Source of the DNA: Phoronis australis
Taxonomy: Eukaryota; Animalia; Phoronida
Direction: 5' to 3'
Assembly (NCBI GenBank): GCA_002633005.1
Contig: NMRA01000389.1
Location: 186,001-250,000 of the forward strand
DNA length: 64,000 nucleotides
Position numbers and translations under genes: made by a program. The notes under the pieces were generated by a model that did not search any database, had not been told where the DNA came from, and saw only the letters and a list, made by a program, of their open reading frames with translations. Position 1 is the first letter of the stretch; every line of letters starts with the position of its first letter. Shown piece after piece: positions 35,501 through 47,500 of the stretch.

Positions 35501-38500
35501 TATTTGATAACCCGAATCTTAAACAAGATGGCCAAAAAACATGATGACTGAGCTTTGCATAAAAATTATACCATCACAGATAAGAACTGAAGTAAAACTT
35601 GTGTTTAGATGTCGTAAAGTGCAATAAACTCAAGATCTGTACACTACAATTGATCGATGGCACTAGGATAATTCTCATCCGGCCTCCACCATTTAATAAA
35701 CAGTTGCATTACTCTGCAATTAACACTTCCTGCCACACTTTCCATTGGTTTAAGTCTGCTCAGACGCCTGGAGGCCTTATCAATAAACATAAGCTGATTT
35801 ACACATTAACTGTATTGATGTTACATAGCCATTTCAAGCCCTAATGGATGACTACAGACAGCAAAGTAGAATATGTAACTTGTGAGAATAACTGGTGGAA
35901 TACTCTCTAATCCAGTCAAGCAACTCCAGCTGATTGAATTTATTTGAGTTCAAAGTAGGTCTGTGAACTATACCTCCAGTTCGTTTGCACTCGTCTCTGC
36001 CAATTCTGTCACAATGGTACTCTAGAAGTTTATCTTTGAACAGTTTGTATGAGTCCTGATCACATGTCACATCACTGTTCTCCTTGTGGGGTGCCAGGGT
36101 GGTAGTCTTGGTCGTCAGTTTATACAACTTTGGTTTCAGAGATGGCAAGGTTGTTGTAGCCTGCAAATTATGTCTACCATCAACAAAATCATCTCTGCGA
36201 ACACATTCATTAATGTAAGGTGCATTCACAAAAGCTAGATACTAATTTGACAATATCCTGCAAGAGTACACAACTTAAAGATCAGCATTGCCTATCAAAC
36301 TAAATGACTTTAAAACTGAGGATTACCTAAAGGTTCAAAAAGCTTTGAGTGAATTCTTCAAGGACCATTTAGCAATAGGCACATGCGGAATGTGAAAAAG
36401 AAATATAGCATCATTTTATTTTTTGTTTATAAAATGAGTAAAAAAGTTTCAGATTTATCACTGCATGGTCACAGGAAGTGTTGCTGGACTTCTCATGTTA
36501 CCAGCCAAATTGCAGTGATAAAGTGAAACTTGGATGTTACATAAACAGGTGATGATAAGTGTCCGCAAAAGAGTTTTCCAATTCATGGTCACCACATTTT
36601 TCAGGAAGCACCCTTTTGAGGCTATTTGGATGCTAACTTTGTCACTTCAGAGAAAATAACCTTCCCTGGTAGCCTCAACTGAGTGCACAATATCCCCTGT
36701 GAACAGTTCCTTGGTTACATTTCTACATATAAACATAAACAATTCACTTTTCAGTTCAGTGTTGTTTTTGAATTTTAGAATCCAAGTTTTTTAGACACTA
36801 TTACACTATAAAAATCTCAGTCTTTAACCCGGTCGGTTATAATTTCTACATGATGGAGTAAATCACATAACTGCTAATCACTCCCTGTACACTTCTTAAC
36901 TTATACATTCAAACTTTACACACAACTTCAAAACACAGAACAACGTTATTCAAGTGTATGCCAAACTACACCACTTCAAAGTTTCATCAACCCTGCTTCA
37001 TAGTTTCAACTTAAGGTGATCATTGCCAGAAACGACATAAAATACCAATGTAGTTGTTTACTTAAGACAAGTAATGTAGTTGTATGAAATTATTTTCCTA
37101 ATGTAACAGTAACATGCATGCCTGATTCACATCACCTTTTGCTTATTCTTCATTTGAAAACTGAGATCCTTCTTGAGGACCCTTCCAGTGTCCATTGTCT
37201 TTCTTGGCTCAGACGCCTTCTTCTTCCCATGCAGCCGTTCATGTTTCTTTGTAGAATGTCTGTGTTGTTTGCCATCACCAACATCTAATAAAAATCAAAT
37301 CATAATCTAAACAAGAGCAACGCGGAGCATTGAAATACACCCACGAAGGCATCGCAAATGGTGTGCTTTTAGGGTTATATGTATCATAAAAATGGCCACT
37401 AGATGGCGCAAAAATGTACAATCCATCCAAAAACGGGCACATGCCATATTTCATAAAAATCTGTCAAGGAACTTCAGAGAAACAAAGGAAAACAGAAAAA
37501 AACGAAATTGCCACTGGTGGGCACGGCGACCGTTTGATCCGCCTTAAAGTCGTACGTCATCTTCATGTAAATCCACTTACTAAATTAAAGATCTTGCAGT
37601 GGGTTTTGGAGATACAGCTATGGGCGCAACCAAAACAAAACTATCACTAGGAGGAGCCACAGTAGTCAGTCTCCATCATCAAATTTCCTCTTCACGCTGA
37701 AAACATATACGCCAATGTTCAAAACCATCCCCAGAATGATTTGGTTGACAGAGGGGTGGACGCCAAAAACAAGATTTGAAAACACCAAAAATGGCCACTG
37801 CATGGCGCAAAATAACTCGATTCCATCCAAAAACAGAATGATAGCGTCATCTCACCAATAGATGCCTTTATTCAAAATTTTATGAAAATCTGTTGAGTAC
37901 CTTTGAAGATACAGACTGGTAAATATAAAAAACTAAAATTGCCACTAGGAGGCACACCAGGGGTCAAATCCGTCCAAAAGTCGTTGTCGTTCGTTGACAA
38001 CATCACATAAATACACTGCAAATGGTTTAGGATATACAGCCATGAGCGCAAAAGAAACAAAACTGCTACTAGGAGACGCCACAGAAGTTGAACTCGTTGG
38101 AAAATCATTGTCAGCCATCCACTTCATAGCAAAAACATACATGCCAAATTTCAAAATCATCCTTTGAGCGGTTTGGTTGATAGAGGGGTAAAAAACAGAC
38201 TGGAAAACAGTAAAAAGGGCCACTAGGTCCATCCAAAAATGAAAGGATAGCGTCATCTCGCTAATAGGAGCATATATACCAAATTTTATGAAAATCCATT
38301 CAGGACTGTTGAAGATACAGAGGTAAACGTAAAAACCTAAAATTGCCACTAGCGGGCACACCGGTGGTCGAATCTGTCCGAAAGTTCACTCATGCCGTCC
38401 CATTCACAGAAGGTACACAGGTGCAAAATTTCATGAACATACATCAAGGCGTTTTGGAAAGAAAGCAGCGGACGCCGGACGGACGGAAGGACGGACGGAT

Positions 38501-41500
38501 GGAGATGACGGCATAATGCGTCCATATATAAATATGTGGGCACAAAAAAACTAAAATTGCCACTAGGGGGCACACTGATACTCAGATCTGTCCGAAAGTT
38601 GTTGTCATTTGTTGTGAGCAGAATATAAATACACTTGCTAAATTTAGCAAAGATCCTGCAAACGGTTTAAGAGATACAGCCATGGGCGCAAAAAATAAAC
38701 AAAACTGCCACTAGGAGGCGCCACAGTATACAAAATCATCGGAAAATCAGCGTCAGTCATCCTCTTCATAGTAAGAACATACATGCCAATTTTCACAATC
38801 ATCCTCAGAGCCATTTGGTTGATAGAGGGTGGACGTCAAAAAACAGACTCAAAAACAGTGAAAATGGCCACTAGGTGGCGCAGACTTCGTAGAATCCATC
38901 CTAAAACAGAAGGTTCAAAAGAGCGAAGGTTCAATAGTCCAAAAATCATAAAAACGTAGAAGTTTCTACAGTCTCAAGGTTCTGTGGTCCGAAGGAACTA
39001 TAGAACCAACTACAGAACCTTCAAACTATAGAAACTTCTGACAACAGAACCTTCAGACTGCGGAACTGTACCCAAATTTCATTCTGGACACCTCAAGTTA
39101 GACGTCTTCTTCCTCTCATTTTCACACCCTGAATACTTCCTAGTACTTACTTGGCTCAACTCCAATAATATATTATGTTTTTTCGTAACAAACATTTTAA
39201 GAAAATTTCATTAATTAGTGACGGGCATGAACACCAATTGAGCATGACTGGTGCGGGTCACACACAAAATGTCCATCATACCAGCTAGGATGATATGTTT
39301 AAGCCAGATTTCTTTCAATATGCAAACACTTGTCCCTTCTTAGTTACAAGAACCAGAAATGCAACAAAAACTATATACCGGTAGTCATTATTTGGTTAGT
39401 ACTGTCATGCACGACTGGAAGACTCAAGTTAATTGCAAACTTTGGTTATACTAGACAATGACACATTATGTCTATCCTCTTCGTAGACATAACTGCAATA
39501 CAACATGATAATGTAAGCTTTCATAGAAAATGAAACTAATTATTGGCTTCCATAGTGAAACTAATTATTGGCATCCAACTTATTCTGTTGATGCAAAATG
39601 AATATTAAATTCTTTAAATCTCCAAATTTTATTGCAAACAGCAGTCAGAATTAGATAAACCTTGGTCTACAGGCTCCACAGTTACTTTTGAAATTCAACA
39701 GGAACACAACTTACCATGGTGTTTCGCACATTTCCGCCCGGAGTGATTGATGCGAATGGTCTTCTTAAGAACGCACGCCGAGCGATGCAGTTCACAGTGA
39801 CTAGGGTACAAGATGCCATCAGAGCCACAGACAGGATGATAACGGTTACCACAGAAACCAGAGTCACCACACAGGCATTCACCGTACTTGCACTTTTGTC
39901 CCGCGGGACACACCGCATTTGTACAGAGAACATCTGAAAAATTCATAGATTCATTGGCTTGTTAACTGGGATAAGATTATGAAATGACTGGTACACATAA
40001 ATAAATACAAACAAGACATGGGAAGGTTTTGCAAAGCAACAATGGGTGCATGATGGCCCTGGCTGTCACCAGGTGGCACAAGCAGTTACTTCTACTGCAC
40101 AGCGGATGGTACAGTTAACACTTTTAATATTACCAGTATGAAATGAACTGGTAATGACGTAACAAGAACACTTTCTCTAAGCTAGATCACAATAGGAGTC
40201 GTTTATACCAGTGCTCATGCACTCCAGTGCTTCGTAACAAGTCACAGCAGCCTTGGTCATAACATATGAACAGGACAAAACTTCAAAGAGAGAGCAAAAA
40301 TGAATTTTCATCGTTTTAAGTTCATGTTTGAGTACATACAAAGTACACTTCAATCTCGGAGAAGCCTGCAGCCATCCCGAGAATGAATTAGGTGAGAGAA
40401 TAAATCTGACAGACAACTAACAGTGTCCACCAAATGCTCAATTGCCATCTAATGACAAACATTTTCTTGTCACTGCAACCAACGTCAGGGAAATGACTAT
40501 TAGTTTCAAGAAAAAGAAAAATTTTGTGACCATAATAACAGAATTCAAATAAATGTGGTTCAGTTGGACATAACAACCCACTTAATTCTGCTATGGCATG
40601 TCATCACAAAAATCTACAAAAACTTCTGTCTTAACCTTTTCACAAATTGAGAATCTTTCCTCATTGTCCTAGCGGTGTTTATTAGTTTTTGTTTCCTTAT
40701 TCAAAGGGTTATGATAAATTGTCTGGGTGTACATGAAACTTTCGCTTCACAGAACACAATCATTTAGCTGATTGCTGGATCGAAATGCACTCTAATCATT
40801 TTGCTATTATGTGGAAAAACCTATGACACAGCTAACAGAAATCATTATTACTTACTAGGATTCTCCTTGGGCAAAACTCCAAACATGACTCAAAGTGCAC
40901 ATCATGTTTTCCATCACAATCTTCCTAGTGGTAATTCACAAACCATACACAACATTCACACTTGCTAAACACAACACGTTAATGTCATTTTTACATCAAA
41001 AGAATAAAAATAAACACTATATACTATGTGATGTTCTTTTGATCACTAAGGGTGCCCATAAAATACAGAACAGAAAAGTTCACGCTCTTCAAATAGGACT
41101 CAAGAGCTTTGAACAAAGCTCAAGAGCTTTGAACATGGCTCAGGTGTTTTCAAACACTGTTAATCATTTCTAAATAAGGCTCAACACCACGTATTAAAAG
41201 ATGGACAAGAACATTTGATATCAACGAGACACGACTGTATGGGTAACCTGTGCTACTGACTAGGGGAAATCCTTATGTCCATGGTTCAATATGTACAAGT
41301 TGTGTACAATAAATATGTCTCAGCTCACGACAGTTTCTAGAAAATAAACACAACTACGGTAACATTTGTTAAAATTTTTTTCATTTTCAATGTCATCTAA
41401 CATTGCCAAATTTTCACAATTTTTTTTCCGATGGTAGCTATAGTACATATGTAACATGAACATGATAAAGCCTTAATTTGATGTTACATATCTTTTATAA

Positions 41501-44500
41501 AAAGATAAAAGAAAATTTCACTTGTCCCGCAATATTGTGTCCTAAATTAAGATTTAACCAGACTACCTCCTCCTAACCACTCTTTGTTAATACTCTTCAA
41601 CCACAGTAAGACATGTTTTCTGTTGTTCAGGGCCACAGTTCATAAAGATAAATGAGGCATACACATCACATCAGAGTAATGAATACACATTACTGGATAA
41701 CCACCTATTCAGCAGAGTTTTTACTAGGTCACTCATATTGATCGTTTTTAATCAGTACTTGGCACAAAATAGGGTAAGGCAATTTTTCACATATTTCGCA
41801 CAAAAACAACTGTCAAAACAGTCATTTTTCTATGATTCAGAAGCTGATTACTTAGTTGCAAATAAAGAAAAAATAAATAAAATTGAACTTATTAAATGTA
41901 TTCATGAAAATTATTCTTTATTACTTTCCTATTTATTTTTTGTACACAGTGTGTCATAATAAATTACATTTTTCCACCAACCAGCTCATCTTTTACTCTG
42001 CAACATAGCTTGTAGGAAAACCTAGGCAAAATGGATTCAATAAATGTTGCTTTATGGCATCTACATTGTACAAACCAAGCTACAGGCTAAAATTTTCTTA
42101 ATGTTTACATCAGGTGAAAATTTTGCCAAAATAAACCTTCACTTATCCATCACACTGGGTAATAAATAGGTGAAGCATTGTGGGACATGGCATTAACAAA
42201 CAGTCCATCTTTAACAGGGGTAATTAGGGAAGTCTGTGATAAGACTAGAACTTGTTTAGTTATTTTCAGGCAACGCGGCTGGCTGTGGGTTTTCTATTTG
42301 TTTCGATAGTCAAATTACTGAATCCATGGCTACGAATCCCTACACGACTCTTTTCCTATTTTAGGAGATGAATTTTAATCAATATCTCTGCCATTACCAT
42401 GAGTATACGATTGTTTTAATTGCACTTGCTTTCTGAAGAACTACAGTTCTATGAGGCGAAATTATGCAATAGTGGAGGGGGTAACCTAGCTGTGACTAAT
42501 TATACACCCTTGTATATCACCACACAAACAAATTACCCCGTTGTTATTTAATTAAAGGTGCATTGTGCCTGGTTTGGCTGGCTAAAAACGAAAATTGAAT
42601 TTGGCCTTTTGCTCTCTTAAAATCTGTCTCTTACCGTGGTGGGATTCTATTTCTATTACCAACAGTCAAGAAAATCAAAATCACGAGCAACTCAAGAAAA
42701 CGCTTCAGAGTCCAAAACTGCAAATTTAAAATGGCGCATGGACGCATTGCCTGTGACTTGAGTTGGTAACGGCAATGGTGAGCTATCCGGGTAAGGAATA
42801 TTATGAAACCAATTGTATGAGAGCAAAAGGCCTAATTCGATTTTTACCATTTTTAGCCAGCCAAGGTGATTGCAGCTTTAAGTCACCATATTAAAGTCAC
42901 CTGGAGCCACAACTTTGAAAAACATTGTTTTGTTCGTGTTTTGGGATGGTACCCTTTGATTTATTTTGTCAGTATGGTAAGTTAGTGGTCATAATTACAC
43001 ACAATAGAAGCGTTCCATTTATTTCAGAATCCCACAAATTTTTGCAGGATTTTTTCAGGAATTTTTTCCAACAATCTGTTTGTACCCATTCAATAGAGGA
43101 ATCCTGGCAAGTTCAGCAGGACATGAAAAGACATCTGTGAGACTGATAACATCAGTTAGTTACTCTACAAAAGTTGAGATGGAGCACCTGATGGTGAACA
43201 AGATGACATGGCCAACTATGTGTGTAAACAGGATTGAAAGAAACTATCAATCCTGTCATTGGCCAGTTCCCTGATGCCTCAATTAAAAAGTTCCCGTGAA
43301 GGTTAGAATCACTGCTGCAAAACATTACAGTCGAAGGCGTTGTTGATGAAGGGTAGCAAATGGGCAGTGGGGGGATTTTCTCCTCGACCAAAAAAATTCC
43401 CCTCTCAGAGAGCACAGACAGCAAGCTCAGTTTTGAGGTCGAGCAACTTTGCACCTGATCATCTCCTTGCCATGCCAACTATACCTCTACATACGAAATT
43501 AGGGAAGGAAGAAGCAATCCATGCTACCTGTGTTAGCGCAAGAGCTAACATACGGGTGACCATTTTCACACCATATCTACAACTAACTTTCTTTTGCCTA
43601 TACTTGTGTAGTTCTGCACCTAAATATACATCAATTTCTTTTTCTCAACATGCACTGCACCTCCCGCTTCTTTTAACCTGGTGCCCATTCTACATTCTTG
43701 TCCACCACTTCCCCATGTCATCATTTCTGAGTTGTGTGTGTAAACAGTCATTTGACAACTTGCTCCTGCTATGTTACTTTGTGCCATGTCACATCTAAAT
43801 TCTAAGCAGCATTCCCTTCCCTTGCTTCGTTGTCAGAGCAATGGCTGTATTACTGTCATTGATCAAGAACAGTGTGGCTTAGAATTTTAACTGAGTAAAC
43901 AAAGGTCATGTCATGAACATATGCATTATACAATTTTGAGAAATTTGATGGAACTCAGAATCCAAGCAAACTTATGTCCCAATGCAAATATCCTAGTAAA
44001 AATTTGCTTGAAAAAATACTGGGTGGTCGTTTCAGGCAATTTTCACTTGAGAACATCGTTACTAATTCAGTGGACTGAGAGGAATTCATTGATTGATTCG
44101 ATAGAATGACTCACCACCGCTAATATAAGTTATTCCCGGTTTAAAGTTTACAATTTTAGCTCAACCTACTTAGTACTGTGTGGAACATTAAATACCGCAA
44201 TATAAGTGATTGAAGTTAACAAAACTAATTTTAACACTGTTTCACTTTTTCACAACCAGTGAACAAGACAATGCATGAGCTTCCCACGTATGCAGAACAT
44301 TATTGAACAAGACACCCTAACATGAATATGTTTGCAGACTGACACTCTACTTGGATGATGTTAATTGTGGGCTGGAGTTTTCTGGTTCAAAGACAAACTT
44401 TAGCTGAATGTTTACGCACATAGCGATTCTGATGAGATCTATAAATGCCCAAAGGAAGTTGAGTTGTCAGTTTTCAACATCGCTCGCTCGACATTTAAGG

Positions 44501-47500
44501 AGTAAATTAGAGTCCCAGGGGACACTCATCAAAGTTGCGGTCAGCAAGCAAATCGGTCAAACGTGCATTAGCAGGCTCAGACATTCCTGCATAGATCCTA
44601 ACCTCAAACCCAGTATTGTAGTCAATACTGGGGTTGGCTTCCAGCATGTGGACAATGATAGTGACACAAAATATGAGCTAAACCTTCCACACTAGTTTCA
44701 GAGGTTAGAATATGATTTCAACCCCAAACAGATCATGCAAAACGCTAGCACGTAAAGAGACAAAGTGCTAAAATTATGAATTGACATAGTAGGCCAACCC
44801 TTCTACAATTGAGCTGCTTCATAGCCATTACCAGTGCTCTCCACTGTCAGAAAACATTAAATCCTATCGCCACAAAGAACACTTTGAGACCACTTTGTTT
44901 ATGTTCGTTAGCCCACTTCCTGGTTTCCACACCACTGGTAAAACAGAAATATCACATCAATAAGAAAAATGACCAATCAAAACACTAAATGAATGGTTGA
45001 CCAGAACAGAGACACACAAGTTGTGCAGTGAGTGTATATGGTAGCCACATACCAAGCTCTTTGTCTCCATCTTTCCTCTCCTCAGATGGGTTCCATGACA
45101 TATACTTTGGTTCACTCCTTGCTCCACTGTGTTTCTAGAATAAAACACAAAAGTACTACTTTGTAATTAATAATGTAAAGATCATGAAGAACCTCCTACA
45201 TAACCTCTGCCACAATACAGTGCACTTTAATAGCCAAATGCCTACAAACTGCAGAACTTAACTTTGTAATAAAATATATTTGGAGCAGAAAACCAGTAGA
45301 ATTTGATTTTTACTTTTTAACTTTTACACCAATCTAAAATTTATTGGATCACATGACCATATCTTTATAATAAAATTTAGTGAAAAAGAAAAATACCTTC
45401 ACATAAACAGCGGTATCAAGAACATTCCCAAATTTCATTTGAGCAAATCGTTCAAGCTGAAAATGTAAAAACCCTGCACATACAGTTTTCTACAATATTT
45501 CATTTTAGTTTCATCCCATTTCGAGGTTTTTAGTCCTATTTTTGACAGCACTTATGCATGAAGTGGAACATTTTAAAACCAATTCCTAACAGAGTGTGCA
45601 GAACAATATATAAAGCATAGTATGTGGAGCCTTCGCATGAATCTGATCTCACATTTCTGTGATATGATGTTTGTATGTAAGTCAAATTTTTCTTATGTCC
45701 TACACAATCCTAAGCACATTTTTATTACCGTGAAAAACATGCAACTTGGAGAATTTAACTTAAAGTGCATATTGCATGCACAACCCAGGCAAATTAACAA
45801 CTAAAGTGTCATTCACACACAGACTTACCCTACAACAAGTTACTCCTGGAACGTGTCGCTAGGTTTGGGGGCTGTCTGTTTGCTATTTAAACTAGTGCAA
45901 CTTGCCCCAGTTGTGACAATTTACTCCACATATCGAGGTAGGGTGGCTTGTTCTAAGGTAACTTGTGCCACTACTAATTGCAGTGTGGCTGCAAAGTTGA
46001 CGGGCAAGGAGGAAGTTACTATCAACACCCTGAACTCTTGGTATTTTTGTGAAGGTCAGCATGCGCAGAGCGACAACTTCCACCTTGCGCTAGTTGTATA
46101 TGTTTGTGTAGACACTGCTTAAAGCGAGGTAAGCTGCACTAGTGCAAATTGTTCTAGGGCAATTCCACGTGATTTGGTCCGATTTTTGCCTCCATCACGT
46201 TCTAAGGTAAGGCATATAGCTAGTGCTGGTTCTGATGACGCACTTCTGACTTTTGTTACATGAGGTCAAACTTGCTTGCTACTGCTTCCAAAAAATTTGT
46301 AAATATCAATGAAACAATCCATTTTTGAGAACAATACCTATGAACTTTCAATTTTAGGACAAGTCAACGTTGTTGAGAAAGTACCTTAAGGTACCAGTGA
46401 ACACCAGAAATCTAAGACCACTGCATTATACTAGACCGTTTTCTTTTCCAATTCATAACCATATCTCAATGTCAAAAGACTGCCACATCACTTCATGGCT
46501 CATTTTGATTGATAACAATGCAAGACACAAGTTAATCAAAGTACATGGAGATAGTATAACTCAATACATCTCAGAACCATTATCTACATGATGGATTAAA
46601 AGCGAAATAACTAGTAGGTTTTTAATTTCCCTAAGAAGCGGCAGTATAACACAGCGGGAGTCACTACAAAAACTCAACCTGGCTGCATCCAGAGAAGGAA
46701 GTTTCTTGCAAGGAAAGCAAGATCACTTAAAGTAGAACTTGCACGCTAATTCCTTATCTCTGTGATTGCTTGGCCAAAGCAGTTAGAAAGCAAAGTATAG
46801 CAACATGTGAATATGAAGTAGGTTGAAAATTTCCAAATGTTTTAAGAACAAGTTTGCGTTGAAAATTGTCCAGTAAGTATTGTGATGTGGTGTTGGGGAA
46901 TAACACTGCACGATGCGGGTTATGTGAGCCCCGAAGGTACGTCATTAGTGCAAAGGTCACCTATTTACAGAATGTTTTGTGTTCACATTTACACGTTGTC
47001 AATGAATACAACTACACTTTACTTAGCGTAGATGATGTTCAAATAGCATTGTCGTTTAGTTCCAGCTATACATTAGCATAGTTAGGACCATGCAAATACA
47101 TCTTTAAGGTTAACTCAACAAGGTCTTGTGTCTGGGTGCGTTATGTCATAACAAGCTTTCATTGCTCAGAAAATGAAAAGGAATCTCATCAGTTTAGGGG
47201 AGAAATATTTTGCAAAAAAATGTCTTTTTATTTTTAAATGCATCTAGTATGGTACTGAGAGCCTACAAGGTTTAGAAAATTTGTTCACTGGTAGCAATGG
47301 TTCTGAAAGCGGTAAATAATAAATTAGGAGCTGCTTATCTTATACTTAAAAAGGGAAATAATTGATCACTTGTCCACCGTATTATGCCATAAATTGGAGA
47401 GATTTGACTGCACTGAGAATAGCGATTATAAAATAATAATCGATCAGGCATTCAGAAAAAAGGCTACAGTGTAAAAAATCAAAGATTACTTATTCATTTG

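Noticed and set aside
40856-40924. Candidate extra FSTL exon with AG/GTAAG ends
   Set aside because: In the required phase-1 frame it contains a stop codon, and the gene model closes without it
43100-43800. ORFs of 108 and 152 aa in an FSTL intron
   Set aside because: No recognisable domain and no compatible splice phases; at most a very decayed retroelement
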